A stretch of 63,230 nucleotides of DNA, filler included, from Bipalium vagum (GCA_037834085.1; 3 parts of 3 records of this genome joined end to end with filler, not necessarily neighbours in it), one strand, 5' to 3'. Shown: positions 1-14,606, numbered from the whole stretch's first letter. Translations and numbers: made by a program. Notes: a model not told the origin generated them from the letters alone.

Positions 1-190
1 GTGCTTTGCAATTACCAAGATTAGATCCTGAAAAATATAATTATTATAAACTATTATTATTAATTAATTATTAATTAATTATTTTTATTATTTTTAATAA
101 TATTATTATTATTTCACCCTTGACCCTTTTGCGGTCTTTAAATTAAATTTTAAAAAGGTTATAAGGGATATGCCCTTGGTTAACCCAACA
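1..190 (-). repeat. Terminal segment of an LTR-like repeat (same family as 60590-60859 and 16120-16204)
   Basis: Ends CCCTTGGTTAACCCAACA versus CCCTTTGGCTAACGCAACA at ~60841-60859 (minus strand starts TGTTG). Shares TGACCC(T/G)TTTGC(G/A)GTC and an (ATT)n tract. CCAAGAT(T/C)AGATC also occurs at ~60586, and inverted at ~16121. Confidence 0.4.
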
Positions 191-199
191 TATTTAAAA

Positions 200-1200
200 A
201 TTCTTACTTTATCTCCAATATGATATTTAGTTTTTAGTTTTAAAATCTCTGAAGTATTGGAAACTTTGTGCACCGAAGGTGCTATTAGAAATATTTTATA
301 ATCTTTTTCTCCAGGAACAAATGTAAGATCTGCAGACCAAATATCATCTTTGTTATTAACTTTAACTATTAAAAAATTTTTTGTTTTTCTAAATTCTTTA
401 TGAAGTTTTTTTGCTAATTGTTTTTTTTTCAGGAGGAAAATTTTTGAATTTTCGAAAAGTTTTTCATTAGCGAGAGTCTTTGACTCCTAGACTCTTTTGG
501 TAAACCTAATCCTAAAGCTATTGGAGACATAATCCTCCTAAACCGAAGGCGACCTTTCCTTTCATTATTAATTTTACAATTGCTCTTTCAAGTTTTTCTC
601 TTGAAGTTGGATTTTGAATATTATTCATTTCATGAATCATTTCTACATCTGCAACATGTCTATCTTTTAAATATGATGACATATATTTTAAATCATGTTT
701 CATTGCTGCTGCATCAACTCGATTTATTGGAATTGAATCAGGTTTTGGAATTGGGAGAATTGATAAATCTTGATTGTCTCAAAATTTTCTAATATTTCTT
801 CATAGTTTTCTAAACGTTTATCAACATAAGTTCCAGGTCCAGTTTTTTTATCTAAAAGATTTAAAGATTTTAAATTCATCTAGATATCTTCCAGTTGTAA
901 ATTTTTATAGAAATTTATTATTTGTAATTTTTGATTGAATGTCTCCTTCTGTTTTTATAAAAAAAGATGGAAATCTTTCTTATATGTTTTGAATATTTAG
1001 ATTTTTATTTTTAGTCTTTGATAAAATCTTTTCAGTCGTTGTTTTTTTTTATTGATATTTTTTTTAATAGTTGTTTTTTTTATTGATGTTTTTTTAATAG
1101 TTGTTTTTTTAGGTCGTTTTTTCGTCGTAGTTGTTTTTACTCGTTGTTTTTTGGTTGAAATCGTTGAATATTTTTTTTTCATGTATGTTTGTATTTTCAC
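200..1200 (-). pseudogene. Decayed Maverick/Polinton (adintovirus-like) PLA2-like ORF followed by the integrase N-terminus
   Basis: Minus strand reads a Lys-rich N-terminus (997-1200), then GPGTYVDKRL...DAAAMKHDLKY...DVEM (parvoviral-type PLA2 motifs), then LAKKLHKEFRK...DDIWSADL (Maverick rve integrase start). It has frameshifts and is homologous to 48310-49657. Confidence 0.75.
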
Positions 1201-1699
1201 GATGACTTTTATTTTTTTTTATTAATAGATTTATCACAAATTTCACAATACCATTATTCAACCATTTTTTATGAAAAAAAATATTATTAAAAAATAATTA
1301 AAATAATAATTTTAAATATTTTAAATATTTTTCTTCTAAATTAAAATTTTTAGCTCTTAAAAATATTTCATAATATTTATTTTGTGGAAATTTATTATCA
1401 ATTTTATTTAATTCTAGACTGGATATTTATATCGTTTCTTTTGGTTTCCACTTTTTAAGAAAAAGTTTGATATTTTCAAGTTTTTAAAAATTAGTAATAT
1501 AAGAATAAAATAAATGAAGTAGTATGTAAAACCAAACTTTGAAGAGAGGAAATATTTTTTATCTATTTTGAGGGAGCCCCTCTCTGGGGGTGAGTAAAAA
1601 TAAAGGTTTGTTTCCTGTCCTCAAAGTCTGGTTTTACATACTACTCTCGACTTATGAAGCCGTAAGCGCAGAGGTGAAAACTTTCGAGAAAAAGTTGCG

Positions 1700-2510
1700 C
1701 AAAGCATTTCAGAAGAAAAGCTCAATGGTTGAAGACGTACAACCAGCTGTCCACTACAAGAGGACAATGAAACACAGGGAAAATACTTTGAAAAAGTAGA
1801 AAAGTTAATGGATAAATGGTTGTCACATACATTGGATAAGGAGTCCTTGGTGGAACTTTTGTTGGTTCATTGTTCAAATGACCCTCAAGTAAAGAGGGAA
1901 TTATGCATGTATGAGGTGAAAGGAGAAGACGAAAAAAAGAAGATAATAAAAAGCTGGATGAATGTAGAGCTGAAGTAGAGAAGATAAAATCAGTTGGAGA
2001 GCGAAGAACACAACAATATTAAAGCTAAAAATCAGCACTAACCAGTAGCACACGCCAAGAGTGGAAACGCTTTTTGAGAAACCACAAATGCGATAAATGA
2101 ACAGAAATGAAGTTAAAAACATAATAGAATGCTGGACATGTCACAAGATGGACACATAAACCGAGAATGTATTATGAGAAAGAAACCAACTTGTTTCGCT
2201 TCCGGAGTAGAATGGCACATATGAAGACAATCCTCTTCAGCGAAGTGTAATCGTTGCGGCTTACATGGGCATTCTAATCGTGTTATATGAATATTGAAAG
2301 AAAACGAGATGACAGGAAGATGCCATGGAGGAACAGAAACGACCAGTACAATCAGTTTCGTAACAACAGGTATCTTAACATAATAGCTGAGGACGACAGA
2401 GAACAAAACAGTGAAAGATATTCAAATGACGATGAAGTTTCAGAGGGCTACGAAATGCACCCAAAAGAAAGAGCTCCGACAGATTGGGGGTTAGTCGTAG
2501 CTGTATACTA
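1700..2510 (+). pseudogene. Gag-like remnant with three CCHC-type zinc knuckles
   Basis: ~2128-2285 reads CWTCHKDGHINREC, TCFASGVEWHI and KCNRCGLHGHS. Stops interrupt the frame. Confidence 0.6.
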
Positions 2511-2959
2511 AAGAATCTCCTCTTATTCCGTATTATAATATCAGTAGTGTATCTCCTATAAAGGTAAGCAAGCATGTTTTGAAAAAATTAAAGGATGTAA
2601 AGGTGTTAGTTTAATATTATAATTATCATTATTATGTGTAATGGTTTCTAAAATATGGTTAAAAGAATTAATAATGGTTCTTTCTGAAATATCTTTCGGA
2701 GAAAAGATTTTAAAGCAATTGAAAATAATATCAAAGTTGTAAATAATGCTATTATAAAAATAATTTTAAATATTTTAATTAAAAGCATTAAAAGAAAATA
2801 TTATCTAAGGAAGAAATTTAATAAGCAAAAATAATAATTAATGAATGTAAAGAAAATATTTTGAAAAAATTAAATTGAAAATGTAAATATGAAAATTAAA
2901 AAAGAATTGAAAATATAACTGAAAAAAGAGTTGTAAAATATTTTTTTTTAATTTTAAAA

Positions 2960-4090
2960 ATGGATGATAATCAAAATTTAATTGACCTAAAAAAAGAAAT
3001 TAGAAAAATTAATCAAACGAAAAAATTTGAAGCTAATCAATTGAATCAATGGAAAACAGAAAGAGGATAAGAACAAGATTTAACATATTTTCACAAACCC
3101 GTTACTAATGATCTAAGCATGAAAACGAAAAAGCTAATAAAGAAAATATAATAGATGCACCACAAAACGGTTTTGAGTTTCATGATAAAAATCCATCAAT
3201 AGATTTTAGTACACAACCTATTTCACCATCTTTAACTTTTGACTTATTTATTTTACATCTTTTATAACATCGATTATTATTCCTTCAATTATAGATAATA
3301 CATTAATAATAAATAAAATTCCACTTTTAATTATTGAAGAAAAAGAAAAAAAAATAAAATATAGTAATCCAAATGATGAAAAATCATTTGAATTAACTGA
3401 AGATTTAGAATTAATAATAGAAGGAAAATTTTATCCAAATAGAGACACACCATTTAAAGTCAAGTTTAAGTAGTATTTAAATGAAAAATATAACATTAAA
3501 ACAAGATGGACAAGGATATAGAATTTATAAACCGAATATCCAGTTGATCAATTTTTAACTTTTAGAAAATGTTTTTCTGCTAAAAAACCTGGTCATAATA
3601 ATGTTGATTATTTAATTTTTTTATAAAAAGTAAAGAGGAATCACTAATGCTTATTGTGAGAAATAATATTTAAATTTCGTCTAGATTAAAATATTGTATT
3701 TTTATTTTTAGAAAATGGAAGAATCTCTACAAGAAATATCAAATTTTTTATCTCAAAAATTCTCAATATCGTTTAATATAGAAAATAGATTTTGGTATAA
3801 CATTTAAGTTAGATACACCACAGAAGGTTGGTACCATTTTTAACTAATTAAATTAGCTTTAATTTATTTTTCAACTTATCATTCTATTTTTAATATTACT
3901 GAAAAAATTAATAGAATAGATGTAACTTTTATAGATTTAAAAGGAAAAAAAATCTCGAAAGATAGAGATTACTCTAGGAACATATGGAATTTCTTATCTT
4001 ATCTGATTATATTGAGAATGGACTTAAAAGTATAAAGATTAGAACCCTTCAAGCCAGAAGAGTATTTTATTTAAAAATTAATGATAATCT
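2960..4090 (+). pseudogene. Decayed Maverick/Polinton ORFs including a penton (minor capsid)-like fragment
   Basis: YFHKPVT and AKKPGHNNV blocks, then KLALIYFSTYHSIFNITEKIN...GT(Y)..LSDYI, resemble Maverick minor capsid motifs. Many stops and frameshifts. Confidence 0.5.
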
Positions 4091-4099
4091 AATTTCTAT

Positions 4100-4560
4100 A
4101 AACTGTGTAATGAGAATATTTAATGGTTGTATTGACACATTATTCATAAGGCTCATCAAATTGTTTTACACAAATGCCAGCTCTTTTTATACTGGTGGCA
4201 ACATCTTTACCCCAATATAACAGTGTGCATAGCGGTTCGTCTTGAGTGTCCGTTAACAATGACACTATTCCCAATTGAAATCAATCCAGTTTTGGAGTTT
4301 GTACACTCCTTACCCAATCCAAGCTTTCTAACCGGTAAATCATAAGTAAAAGTCCTTTCTAACGTGGATGACATAACGCTGATCTCGGACAATGATAAAA
4401 ACCTGCAAAATCTTATCAACAAAACAATTGAGATAACTGATTGGATTGAATTAGAATTTAGACTTGAAAAATGAGCATTTTTGAGCTATCCACAAAATGA
4501 CGTTGATATTAAAATTGACATCTACAATTCCAAGATTAAAAAGATAATGGCCAAGGAATT
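4100..4560 (+). mobile_element. Old non-LTR retrotransposon RT fragment
   Basis: AVRLECPLTMTLF (GVRQGCPLS-like) and VLSNVDDITLI (AYADD-like), then LQNLI...LEFRLEK. It parallels the RT of the array copies. Confidence 0.7.
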
Positions 4561-7500
4561 TTATTAATTGTAATTGTTGATATTTTACTTGATTTCAGGT
4601 AATCTTGGAAAACAATATATCAAAATAAATGGTATTGATTTTCATCACACCAAAATATTTTAAAATTACCTGTTCAATCCTTAATACTTTAAGCTAAATA
4701 CTGGTCCCACTACAAAGAATAATATGAACTAAGACTTTTGTATTAACTTTTTAGTGTCATCTACAGTACCCTACACTGCATAACCAATGATTTTTTGACG
4801 AATTTCTTTTAGAAACAGATTTTAAAATATTTACAATTCTAGTGGGATGGGGATTTAAAATAATTGAGCCAAAACTTAATTTTTTATTAAATCTATCGTT
4901 TGACAGCTTGTTACTCGAACCTTCCAAACCATTCAAAGGTCTGATTTATCAACAGGGCAAAAATCAGAACCGATCAGTTTCGTGTTGTAAAAACCGTCAA
5001 GATAAAACCATTGTGCACATCAGAACACAATTTCAAATATTATAATAGTACAAGAAAAGTAAACAATCGCATCATTAACATATTTTACCAAAATAAATTA
5101 CAAGGAACCCCAACAAAATCGAGACCATCACTCAGACCTGCTGATCGTCCATAACGTTGTACTACCACACTTGTCCTCCCACGGACCGACCACATTTCTG
5201 TTACTACTTGAAAAACTACAACGCGCAGATCACTGACCGCTTTGGTGATCACCATCAACAACAAATTTATTGAAAGAAAAAAAATTAAGATGAGAAATGG
5301 AAAAACTAAAAATATTGATTATTTAACAAAATTTATTGATTTAAAAAATTTACTAGAAAATCGGTTTATTTTATAAACAAATAAAATATTCTGCTTTGTC
5401 TAAAAAACAGAAGGAACCAAAACACAATTATCAATAATACTGAATAAATATAAATTATTAGTAATAATTATAATGTACAAGAGTACCATGAAAAATCAGA
5501 TCGGTTGAAGTAAAAATGACTGAAATGTTGATAATTTAAAAATCATTAAAAAATCACTGAATTCATTTTTCTAATTGGATTTTTACAATAATTTAGTAAT
5601 TTGAGAAATTTACAAAAAATTATTTTACTTACAAATTTGATTTTTATAATTAATCGATTAAACTTATTAGTTAAAACGTTTCAAAAATTATAAATCAAAA
5701 ATAAAAGTAAAATTAGTTCATGATGAAAAATATCTTGAATTATCCGATGTTAGAAAAAAAATTAACAAAATAAAGACCTCCAACTTAATCTCATCAAAAA
5801 CTAATTATTGAAAAAATATTACATTAATTTCAAAAAATCGATTTTACAAAAACACAATTTAAGGAGACCTAATACACAATTCAGTGTTTCTTGTACCAAA
5901 AATTTCGACATATAATCTTAGGAAAACGAGGAGTGGGAGCGAACAGGTTAAAAATAATCATCAAGACACAATATTGAAAGTCACGATACTTTATTTTAAA
6001 TAATAATTTTTTATTGTACAATAGTTGAATACAAATGGAATACAGTAAATATAGAAAACTAAGTCTCTTTGATCTAGACAACAATATTATATTATTTATC
6101 ATTATTCTCAAAATCTTTGCACTCTCAGTCACAATCACAAAACATACACGAAACAGGACCTAATAATCAATCAACCAATTGACTGGTGACCACGTTTTCC
6201 CTGATGGAAAACAACCAGATCAATTCCAATCGTCTTTTGATACACAGAAGGGCTGGTCATCAGATACACTTAATTGCTTTTTCATAACAGTTAATAATAA
6301 ATTCAATAAATCGATTTCTAAATATTTAAAATATTTCTAATCACGGAAACAAAAACGCACACATTCACTCACAAACTCACTGCTCAACCCAGAACGACAC
6401 ATTTATATATTCGAAAATTCAAAATTTGACAAAAAAATCAATATTCAAATAATAATAATTGTGTTGTTGGGAATAGGCTTTTACCTCAATCGATTTTCAA
6501 AAATACAAAGTATAATAAAAAAAATCGATAAAAAAACACGAACTCAGTTCATAAGACTTTTCTAATAATAATAATAATAATATAATACATATTTTATCGA
6601 TTTATTAATTTAGCACGAAAATATTTTCACAAAGATATATGTATATATAACCAATATTAAGAAATGTTTACAACAGTGTTGAACAGCAACCTCTTCGTCA
6701 TCATCATCATCATCATCAGTCGAAGCCGCAGCAGAAGAAACAACATCAAAAGACCAGGAGAGAAATATACGAATTTATAAATGATAATATCGATTATCGT
6801 TCAGTTTATGGTCGGTCAATGGTTGTTAATCGATACAGCTGAATATAAAACGACAGATAGCGAAGGTGCAGGTTATTGGGTGATTTGGTTGGTTATCCTG
6901 GAAACATGGAAAAATGATGACAGAAAGCATCGTCAAATATTTTTGGCCAAGTAACATAAAGATGAATCGATTTTTTATTTTACCAAGTATACATTAAATG
7001 AGTTGTATAAAGAGAGAATGGTGAGTTAATGTGGATCTATGCCTCACAGTGATGATAAAATTTAAAAATTGTATAAAATAAAAATGAGGTGATAAAACAG
7101 ACAATAAATATTAATTAAAAAAAAATTTCAGATCAAATTACCAAATATTAAATTGATTCTTGAGTGAAAATTTAAATCTTAACTCAAAATCGATCAACGG
7201 AAGAAATTAAAAGATTTTTGAATTATTGATTTTATAGATTTTATTTCGCAATAGATTTTTACTGATCATCTAATTTTCAATACTTTTTCAAATATGGAGA
7301 ATTTTTCATGGAATTAAACCATGACACCAGTTTTGGCAGTATTTTAAGGGGAAAATGAATTTTAAATATTTTATGATTTAATAATAATCAATAATGGAAA
7401 ATAATTAACATTGATATTTTTTTAAAAATCTATTTTTAATATATAAAGATTTTCTAATATTATTTAATAAAATCAATAATTTTTAAATTTGAATTTTTTT

Positions 7501-7705
7501 CTAATTTACACAAATGAAAAATTCTCTGATAATTGATTGAGACAGATTAGAAAATATTATTTTTAAAATAAATATCAATCAAAAAAATCGATAATTTTGT
7601 GTTCATAACCCCATTCTCTTCATTTCAAGATTTTTAAAAAATTAAATCAGTCAAAAACAAGATGGAGAAATCAGTGAAAGAACAAAACAATTTTCCCTCA
7701 CCATT

Positions 7706-10700
7706 TCATTTTACAATGGTTCGACTGTTGCTAATGCTGCCATTAGAGATTCCGATTTGATTGGACTGTTTGTCTGGTGGTGCCATTGCAAATGTTTGGG
7801 TGTCAGCCGGAACGATGGTCGGAGGGAGCAAGATCAGATTTGGCACGGATATCAGAGGTTGATGGTAACAGAACTGTGGCACCAATCCTAAAAGAGAACC
7901 GTGAGAATTTTGGGGTAGCTCCACGGGACCCACGAGTTTGGATCCGGGAAACTTGCAGCTGAAATCCGGTCTTTGTGTAAAAGAAATGTCACCAGAAGAT
8001 CCAAAAAGAGACCGCGACGATGAATCGATAGAGTACGATCGATTTCTGACGGCCAGATTCAGGAGACCGTTATCGATCATGTGAAGATCGCTCGGTCTCA
8101 GATCATTGATCAACGAAATCAGTTTCCGTGATGATGATGAGGACGGCGAAGAAGATGTGGCAACGTTCACAAAGCCGAGACTAGCAAGTCGGTCTTCGGA
8201 AAGCGTGTGAAACTCTCCAAAACTCAAATTCTTCAGCAGAAAATGATTTTTTTCCAGACCAAATTGTTTCAACCAATCGTGTAAGTTGCCAATTTGACAG
8301 GAATAAAATGCCCTGAAATTCCTGTTCTCCTCTCTCCTGTCCACCTCCACACCGTCCTCCTCTTCTTCCTGCTCATCATCCCCATCTCCCTGCCCATCGT
8401 TTCGCTCTTCCTGTAAATTGCCGACATGTCCACGGTGTGCAACAAACGTTGCTGGGTTTCCTCCAAATAATTCCCGGTGATCCCGATCTAGGTTCTCGAT
8501 CAATACTTGAGTCTGCGAAATGGTTTTATTTCGATCGATAACGGAATTCGTAGTTTGACACAGCCAGTTTTCCGTTCTGAGATCTAAAAAAGATAGAAAG
8601 AGAAATTTGTGAAATTATCGGAAAACAGAGAAGAATATCAATAACCAGTAAAAATCTTAAAATCATGTGATTATTGATTGTTTAGAATCTAAACTTTAGA
8701 TCAATAAAACTTTACATAGAAAGAAATTTTTAAAATAATCAATAGAACTTATTTGAAACCAATATTATTTTGATTTGTGACTAAAAAAAATCATGTTATC
8801 TGAATCAAATTTATATTAATATCAGTGTCCTTAAAACAATCGACTTCTTAAAAGGTAAATAGAAAAAATTTTTATAAATTGTACAAAAATAATTTGATCA
8901 AAATCAAAATTACATATTTTTAATATTCAAATGAGATCAAAATTGAATATCTCAATCAAAGGGAACAATATCGATTGAAAAATTCGACGCAAATTTTGTG
9001 AAATCATAAAATATATATTTATTGGACACCATATGCATCTAGGAAAGAGCGCGATTTCCCATTTTATATATTTATATTAATTTGTACTTTGAAATCGACT
9101 GACCAATGAAAAATTGTCTGGTTTAATGTTTTTAAACAAACATGTATTATTTTAAACAATTTTTTCGAATTTGAAACGATGGTTTTTATCGATTGCAAAA
9201 AATTATTTCTGAACCTCCTTTTTCATTATAAGACAAAATCATTATTTTTTGAATTGTCATTTATTATTTAAAAAAATTGTTTACTGTTAAGACGAAAAGA
9301 AAAATTTAAATCAAAGTTCGCAGTTTCTTTTTTTACTTGAAAAAGGTCCAAAGTTTGTTTCTTTACCGATTTTTAATTGATAAAAATTAGCACAGGCGGC
9401 TTTTTAAAAAGAAAGTTAGAAATAATTGTATATGGCGAGTGATATAAATATAATGGATAAATAATCGAAGTTTAAGTACAGCTTTCAGAAAATATATTCA
9501 CCAAAACAATTCTAAATATAAATAAAAAAACAAGGATCTTTCAACAAAAACAATACAAATATTTTTGAAATCGATTAATATCGATTTTCGTTATAAACCA
9601 AGGTTCGTAAATTGATTGAGAAATCTCTAATTTATTGATTACTATTTTAAATATTGTTTTTTCAATTGAAATTTGAAAACCGGTCAGAATAAAAATCAAT
9701 AACACAATGGACGAAATTTTTCAGACGAGTTTTCAGCACACATTCAAAATATTTTAAGATTATGATAATAAATCGATAAAGACATTGTAAAAAATAAATC
9801 AAGCTCATTGAGAATAACATTTAGCACAAATAATTAAAAGTTAATAACTATCAAAAATAAATAATTTTTTTTCTGTTAGAAATCATCAAAATCACTTTTG
9901 CTGAACAAAAAAACTGGGTGAAATTTTTTCTCAATATTATTTCATTTTTAAAAAATTCGTAAACTTTAATTTTTTGTAATAAAAAATCAATTTTTTTTCG
10001 CGTAGAATTTTAAAAATCAATATGTAAATAAAATAATCAATATGTACTTTACGTATGCACTCTTTTTTAAAAATTATACACACATATATATAGATATATC
10101 AATATTTTAAATATCACTTTCTTAAACAAAGAGAAATGTTTTATTTAATGAAAATAACAAATGGGAAAACAACTAGTCTTTAGATAGACAATTTTTGTGC
10201 TTTTAAGTGCATTTCATTAAAAAATTTAATTTTTGAGTAAAATAAAAAAATATTTAAAAATCGATACATAAAATTAAAGAAAATTGACTTGATTAAAATT
10301 TTTATTAAATCAATAAAATATTTTTTAATCAATATAAATTCAATATATACATCATAAAAATATTTGTTCTCCGTCGTCCACCTATCGAAGGTCCACCTAT
10401 CATTTAGATTTTTATTTTAGACATGTATCGATTAATTGATCAAAATAGCGAGTTGGTTATTATGACTTGAAAAATAGAAAATCGATACGTTTACATAATC
10501 GGTTTAATCCACCAGAAATTCTTAATGACCCCTAAACCGTTTCCCTATTTTAGAGAGGTTTAATTTTATACGAAACCACCAAATATTAATCAATACGTAC
10601 GGCCTCGTGTTGCAGTTATGTTATGATTAATATTTTACACGTTTCACATAATAAATAATTGTAACAACGGGAAATTTCATAAAGTTAAATAAGCGATTTG

Positions 10701-13700
10701 AAAAAAATTATATAACATTGTTTGTAAATAAAATCGACTTATTAGATTTTCATGAATAAAATAATATCGATATTAATTTAAATTGATTTTTAAACATTTT
10801 ACAAATATTTTGAAATTAATTTGATTATAATTTTTTTATTGATTTATAAACTTAATACTTTAAAAAATCAATACAAAATTAATCATTTTTTGTCGTTTAA
10901 AATTAAAATCTCTAGTTAATAATAATACTTGTTATTCATTATTAATTACAATCTAATTTTATCGATTATTATTAATTTATTATTGATTAGTATTACCTTT
11001 CATAGAAGTGTTTACATCATTCTTCTGAATTCCTTTGCTCAATTGATGATAAATTTCATTACAATGGTATTTTGATGACCCATTCTTTGCACTCAGGTCT
11101 GATTCATCGGAAGGAGTATTAATAGGAGAAGATCCGGAACTGTGAAATATACCTGGAAAGTAGAAAATTTCAATATTCGTTAGTGAGACAAAAAACGAAG
11201 AATACGATTCTTGATTTTCATCGGTTTCAGCGAATTATCGTTGGTGTCGTGATTGATGGAGACTGCCAATGGCAAATTGTTATACGTACAAAGAGAAGAG
11301 AGAGAGAAATTGAAATGAGAAAAAGGTGGACAATCTGTCTTGTTATCAAAGGTCTGGCCACAATCTTCGATATCTGATTGATTATTTGAGCTGCTGAAAT
11401 TGCTCATGTGTTCAAAACTTTGGTTCTGTGCAGTTCCAGCCCAATATATTTTTTTGAAAGTGGTCTGACAAGATTTGCACTCACAGATACACTTGTCACT
11501 GATTCGTGGCATGAAAAACTGCCTGACATAATCACAACGCAAAATGTGTGAAGGAGACTTTAAAAAATCACTAAATTTAAAGATTTATTATTATTAATAA
11601 TTTTTATTATTATAGAATAATATTGAATTCATTTTGATCAATATATTATAATTATGGGTATATGTAATAATTGATAATCGATAAATAAGAAACAATTATT
11701 TATAAATTTATAATTCTGCAAAATATTCAAAGGGGAAAGGGCAAAATTCACTTGATTAAAAATAACAATAAATGATGAAAATGATATAACAAAATGTAAC
11801 ACTTGAATTTTCTTATCCCAATAACTTTAGGTGAAAAAAATAAGTGTCAGAAATCGATAATTTAGAGTATTGATTGATAATTTCTATTTGTTTTTTTGAG
11901 TAGTAAAATAATAATTCTTAAGAATAGAAAATAAATTGATTTCACCAGTAAAATTATTTTATAAAATCGATCAAGCATAATAATTATATTAGTAAATCAA
12001 TAATTTTTAAAAATATTAATCAATAAAAATTAATTACCTCAGAAATCTCACCATTAGGCTTTTGCTGAATTCCAAATTATCGGGAATGAAGCTAAGATAT
12101 AGCGGACAAATTTCACCTTGTCTCGCTTCCAGAGTAAACATTTCATAGATCTGACAAAAACGATTTAAATAAAAAATAGAAATATAATTTAATATCAATA
12201 AAATTAAGTAAAATAAAAAATTTATACCCTTGAATAGAATTTATATACATCCTCCAATGTACGCATGACGCAACATTCAAACAGATTCCAAGTTGCCTGT
12301 AGTTTATTCAAAAATAAATCACTGAGTCGAATTGATCAATACGTTGCCTACCTTTATTACGAAAATATATTGCTGCTGATCGTTCTTGTCGATAGACGTC
12401 ACGTTGAGATCGATAATGAATTCTTGATAAAACAAAAAATTAAATAAACAAAGATCAATCAAAAATTCTCTTTACACAGAACTCATTCATTGAAAATCGA
12501 TAAATGAAAACAAAGCCCGAAACTCAGAAAAAACTCGGTCTTTAAAAAATTCTCTATGTAAAAAGAATCCCAGGACCTCTTTTTTCCTATTTTATAATTT
12601 TTGTTGATCATTGATTTCTCGGACTTTTCGAGATGAGCCTGTAATTATTTAGAGACAATATTACAAAATTTAATCATCGGTCGTCATTGGCGCAACGGTC
12701 ATTGATATGTCACAAATTCGGTGATCTATTTTTAGTTTCTGATTTAAAATCAATAACACTTGTCTAGAAAATTCTCTTCGATGAATAAAAAATCAAATAA
12801 AGACAGTTTGAAAAATAAATTTTTCAAATCAGAAATAATCAATAAAAATGACGCAAAACATTAAGCTATTGAACATTAATGTGCAATTGATCGATAATAT
12901 TATGACTTCAAAAACATGTAATTTATTCATGAGACGTACTACTCGATCATAATTTATTAAGTGTGAAGTTGTTTTTATTTCGTTAAAAAGTACAGATATA
13001 AAAATTAAGGTTACATAACAATCTCAACAACTGTTTTGTTGAGAACATTTTGCCACATTTAGAAAGTGAAACATTGTTTAATCAAATTGGGCAAAGACAA
13101 TTTTTGCCAATTTTAGAAAAAATGAAAATCTTACCACAACAGAAAAGACCATCAAAATTTTTATTATTAAATTAATATATCGATTAATTGTGATCGAAAA
13201 TTAAATCGATTTTATTTAATATTGAGAAGCAGGTTTACTATTAAGAATTGATAAAGTTATCTTTCCAGTAAAAACAGGGAATTGTAGAATTTTCGGTTGA
13301 TTATTTTCGTTTTTGACTATAGGAATTTCTAAATTCCAATTCTGAGGTGGAATAAGTACAAAAATGTATAAAAAGAACAAAAATATTCTCAAACTACACA
13401 CGAAAATTTAGAAGCATAGGGTTAAAATTTTCAATAAAATAGTAAAATACCTACCGTCACTCCCTTGAATTTCCTAAAAGAAATCGTTACATTTATCAAT
13501 TAAATCAAGCCATACTAAAAAGTCTTTGATGAGTGGAACGGCTTCGATTTCTTTCAGATAATCGTAAATCTCTTGACAATGGTTAAAACTAAATGCCGGA
13601 TGGTTGTTTGCTAACTGATAAATGAGAAGAATCTCTTCATGTGTACTCGGATTTGTATGAGCCAATTCTTTAAACTTGTGATAGTTCTTTTTCAAAAACT

Positions 13701-14007
13701 CAAAAATATGAGCTGCTCCTGATATATTGGAAACTTTCAACAATGAGAGAGTTGAAATTAATTGCGCTCTGGTATTAGAATCGATGCAATCGTTATCTTT
13801 CAAAAACAGGATATTATTATCATGGTTTAGCTCGTCTTTTAAAGCTTCAAATGAAATTTTCTGATAACTGAGAATGCTTTCTATGATAGAGGAATAGAAT
13901 TCCAATTCGAATAAATTGGAAAATTTTATTATGTCTGAGATTATATTAATTTTGTCATAACTTTCTAATTTCATAAATGTTTGAAATAGAGCATTTTTGT
14001 TGACCAT
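7706..14007 (-). CDS. ZCCHC14: ZCCHC14/ZCCHC2 (GLS-1)-like multi-exon gene: N-terminal helical domain, PX-like domain and SAM domain
   Basis: Exon 14007-~13516 has FELEF...RAQLISTLSLL...EEILLIYQLANNHPAFSF. Small GT-AG exons at ~12424-12352, 12297-12229, 12151-12039, ~11570-11200 and 11153-10998 give PX-like ATW...MRTLEDV and ILRCDYVRQFF. Exon ~8584-7706 has the SAM motif DWLKQFGLEK...LSEDRL. A terminal exon may lie at ~6897-6826. Confidence 0.75.
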
Positions 14008-14606
14008 CTTTATAGCATAGATATCTAAAACTATATTAATGTTATAAAAAAATTGTAGCTTAAGTGAAAAGTTAACAAAAATAACATGAAAAATTACTAG
14101 ATTTTCAGAAAAGATTTATGATAAAAAAATAGGTCAGATAAACAAAATGATTAAACTTTATTAATACTCATTATTATTTTAAAAAATATCATTAAAATGT
14201 TTATTTTTGAAGAAAATTTAAAATATTGATATTTTTCTAAAAAAGTGAATAGTGTTTTCCTGGATTTTATTGTGTATTTAAGTATTCTTTGACAAATAAA
14301 CTAAAAATAATAATATTAGATAAGGACTAGCTAACCAGTTTGATAGTAAAAGTAAGAATTAGTGAGATATTACTAATTTAATTAATTAATTTTTACTTTA
14401 ACTAATACAAGAACATGACTCATTAAAATTAAACTTATCCAATTATTGTAATATATTCTACAATATATATTATTTCTCTATATTGCAGTCACATTTAAAA
14501 TTAATTATATCTATTTTAAAATAATATTCTTTGTCAAACATTTTTAATTAAAAAAATCGAGTCTACAAGTTTGAATTAATTAAATGTTTCTGTTAGTGAA
14601 AATTAA

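Noticed and set aside
5070-6470. Possible LTR/PBS remnants on the minus strand
   Set aside because: Only generic TATA/poly(A)/TGG cues; no paired LTR or TSD found.
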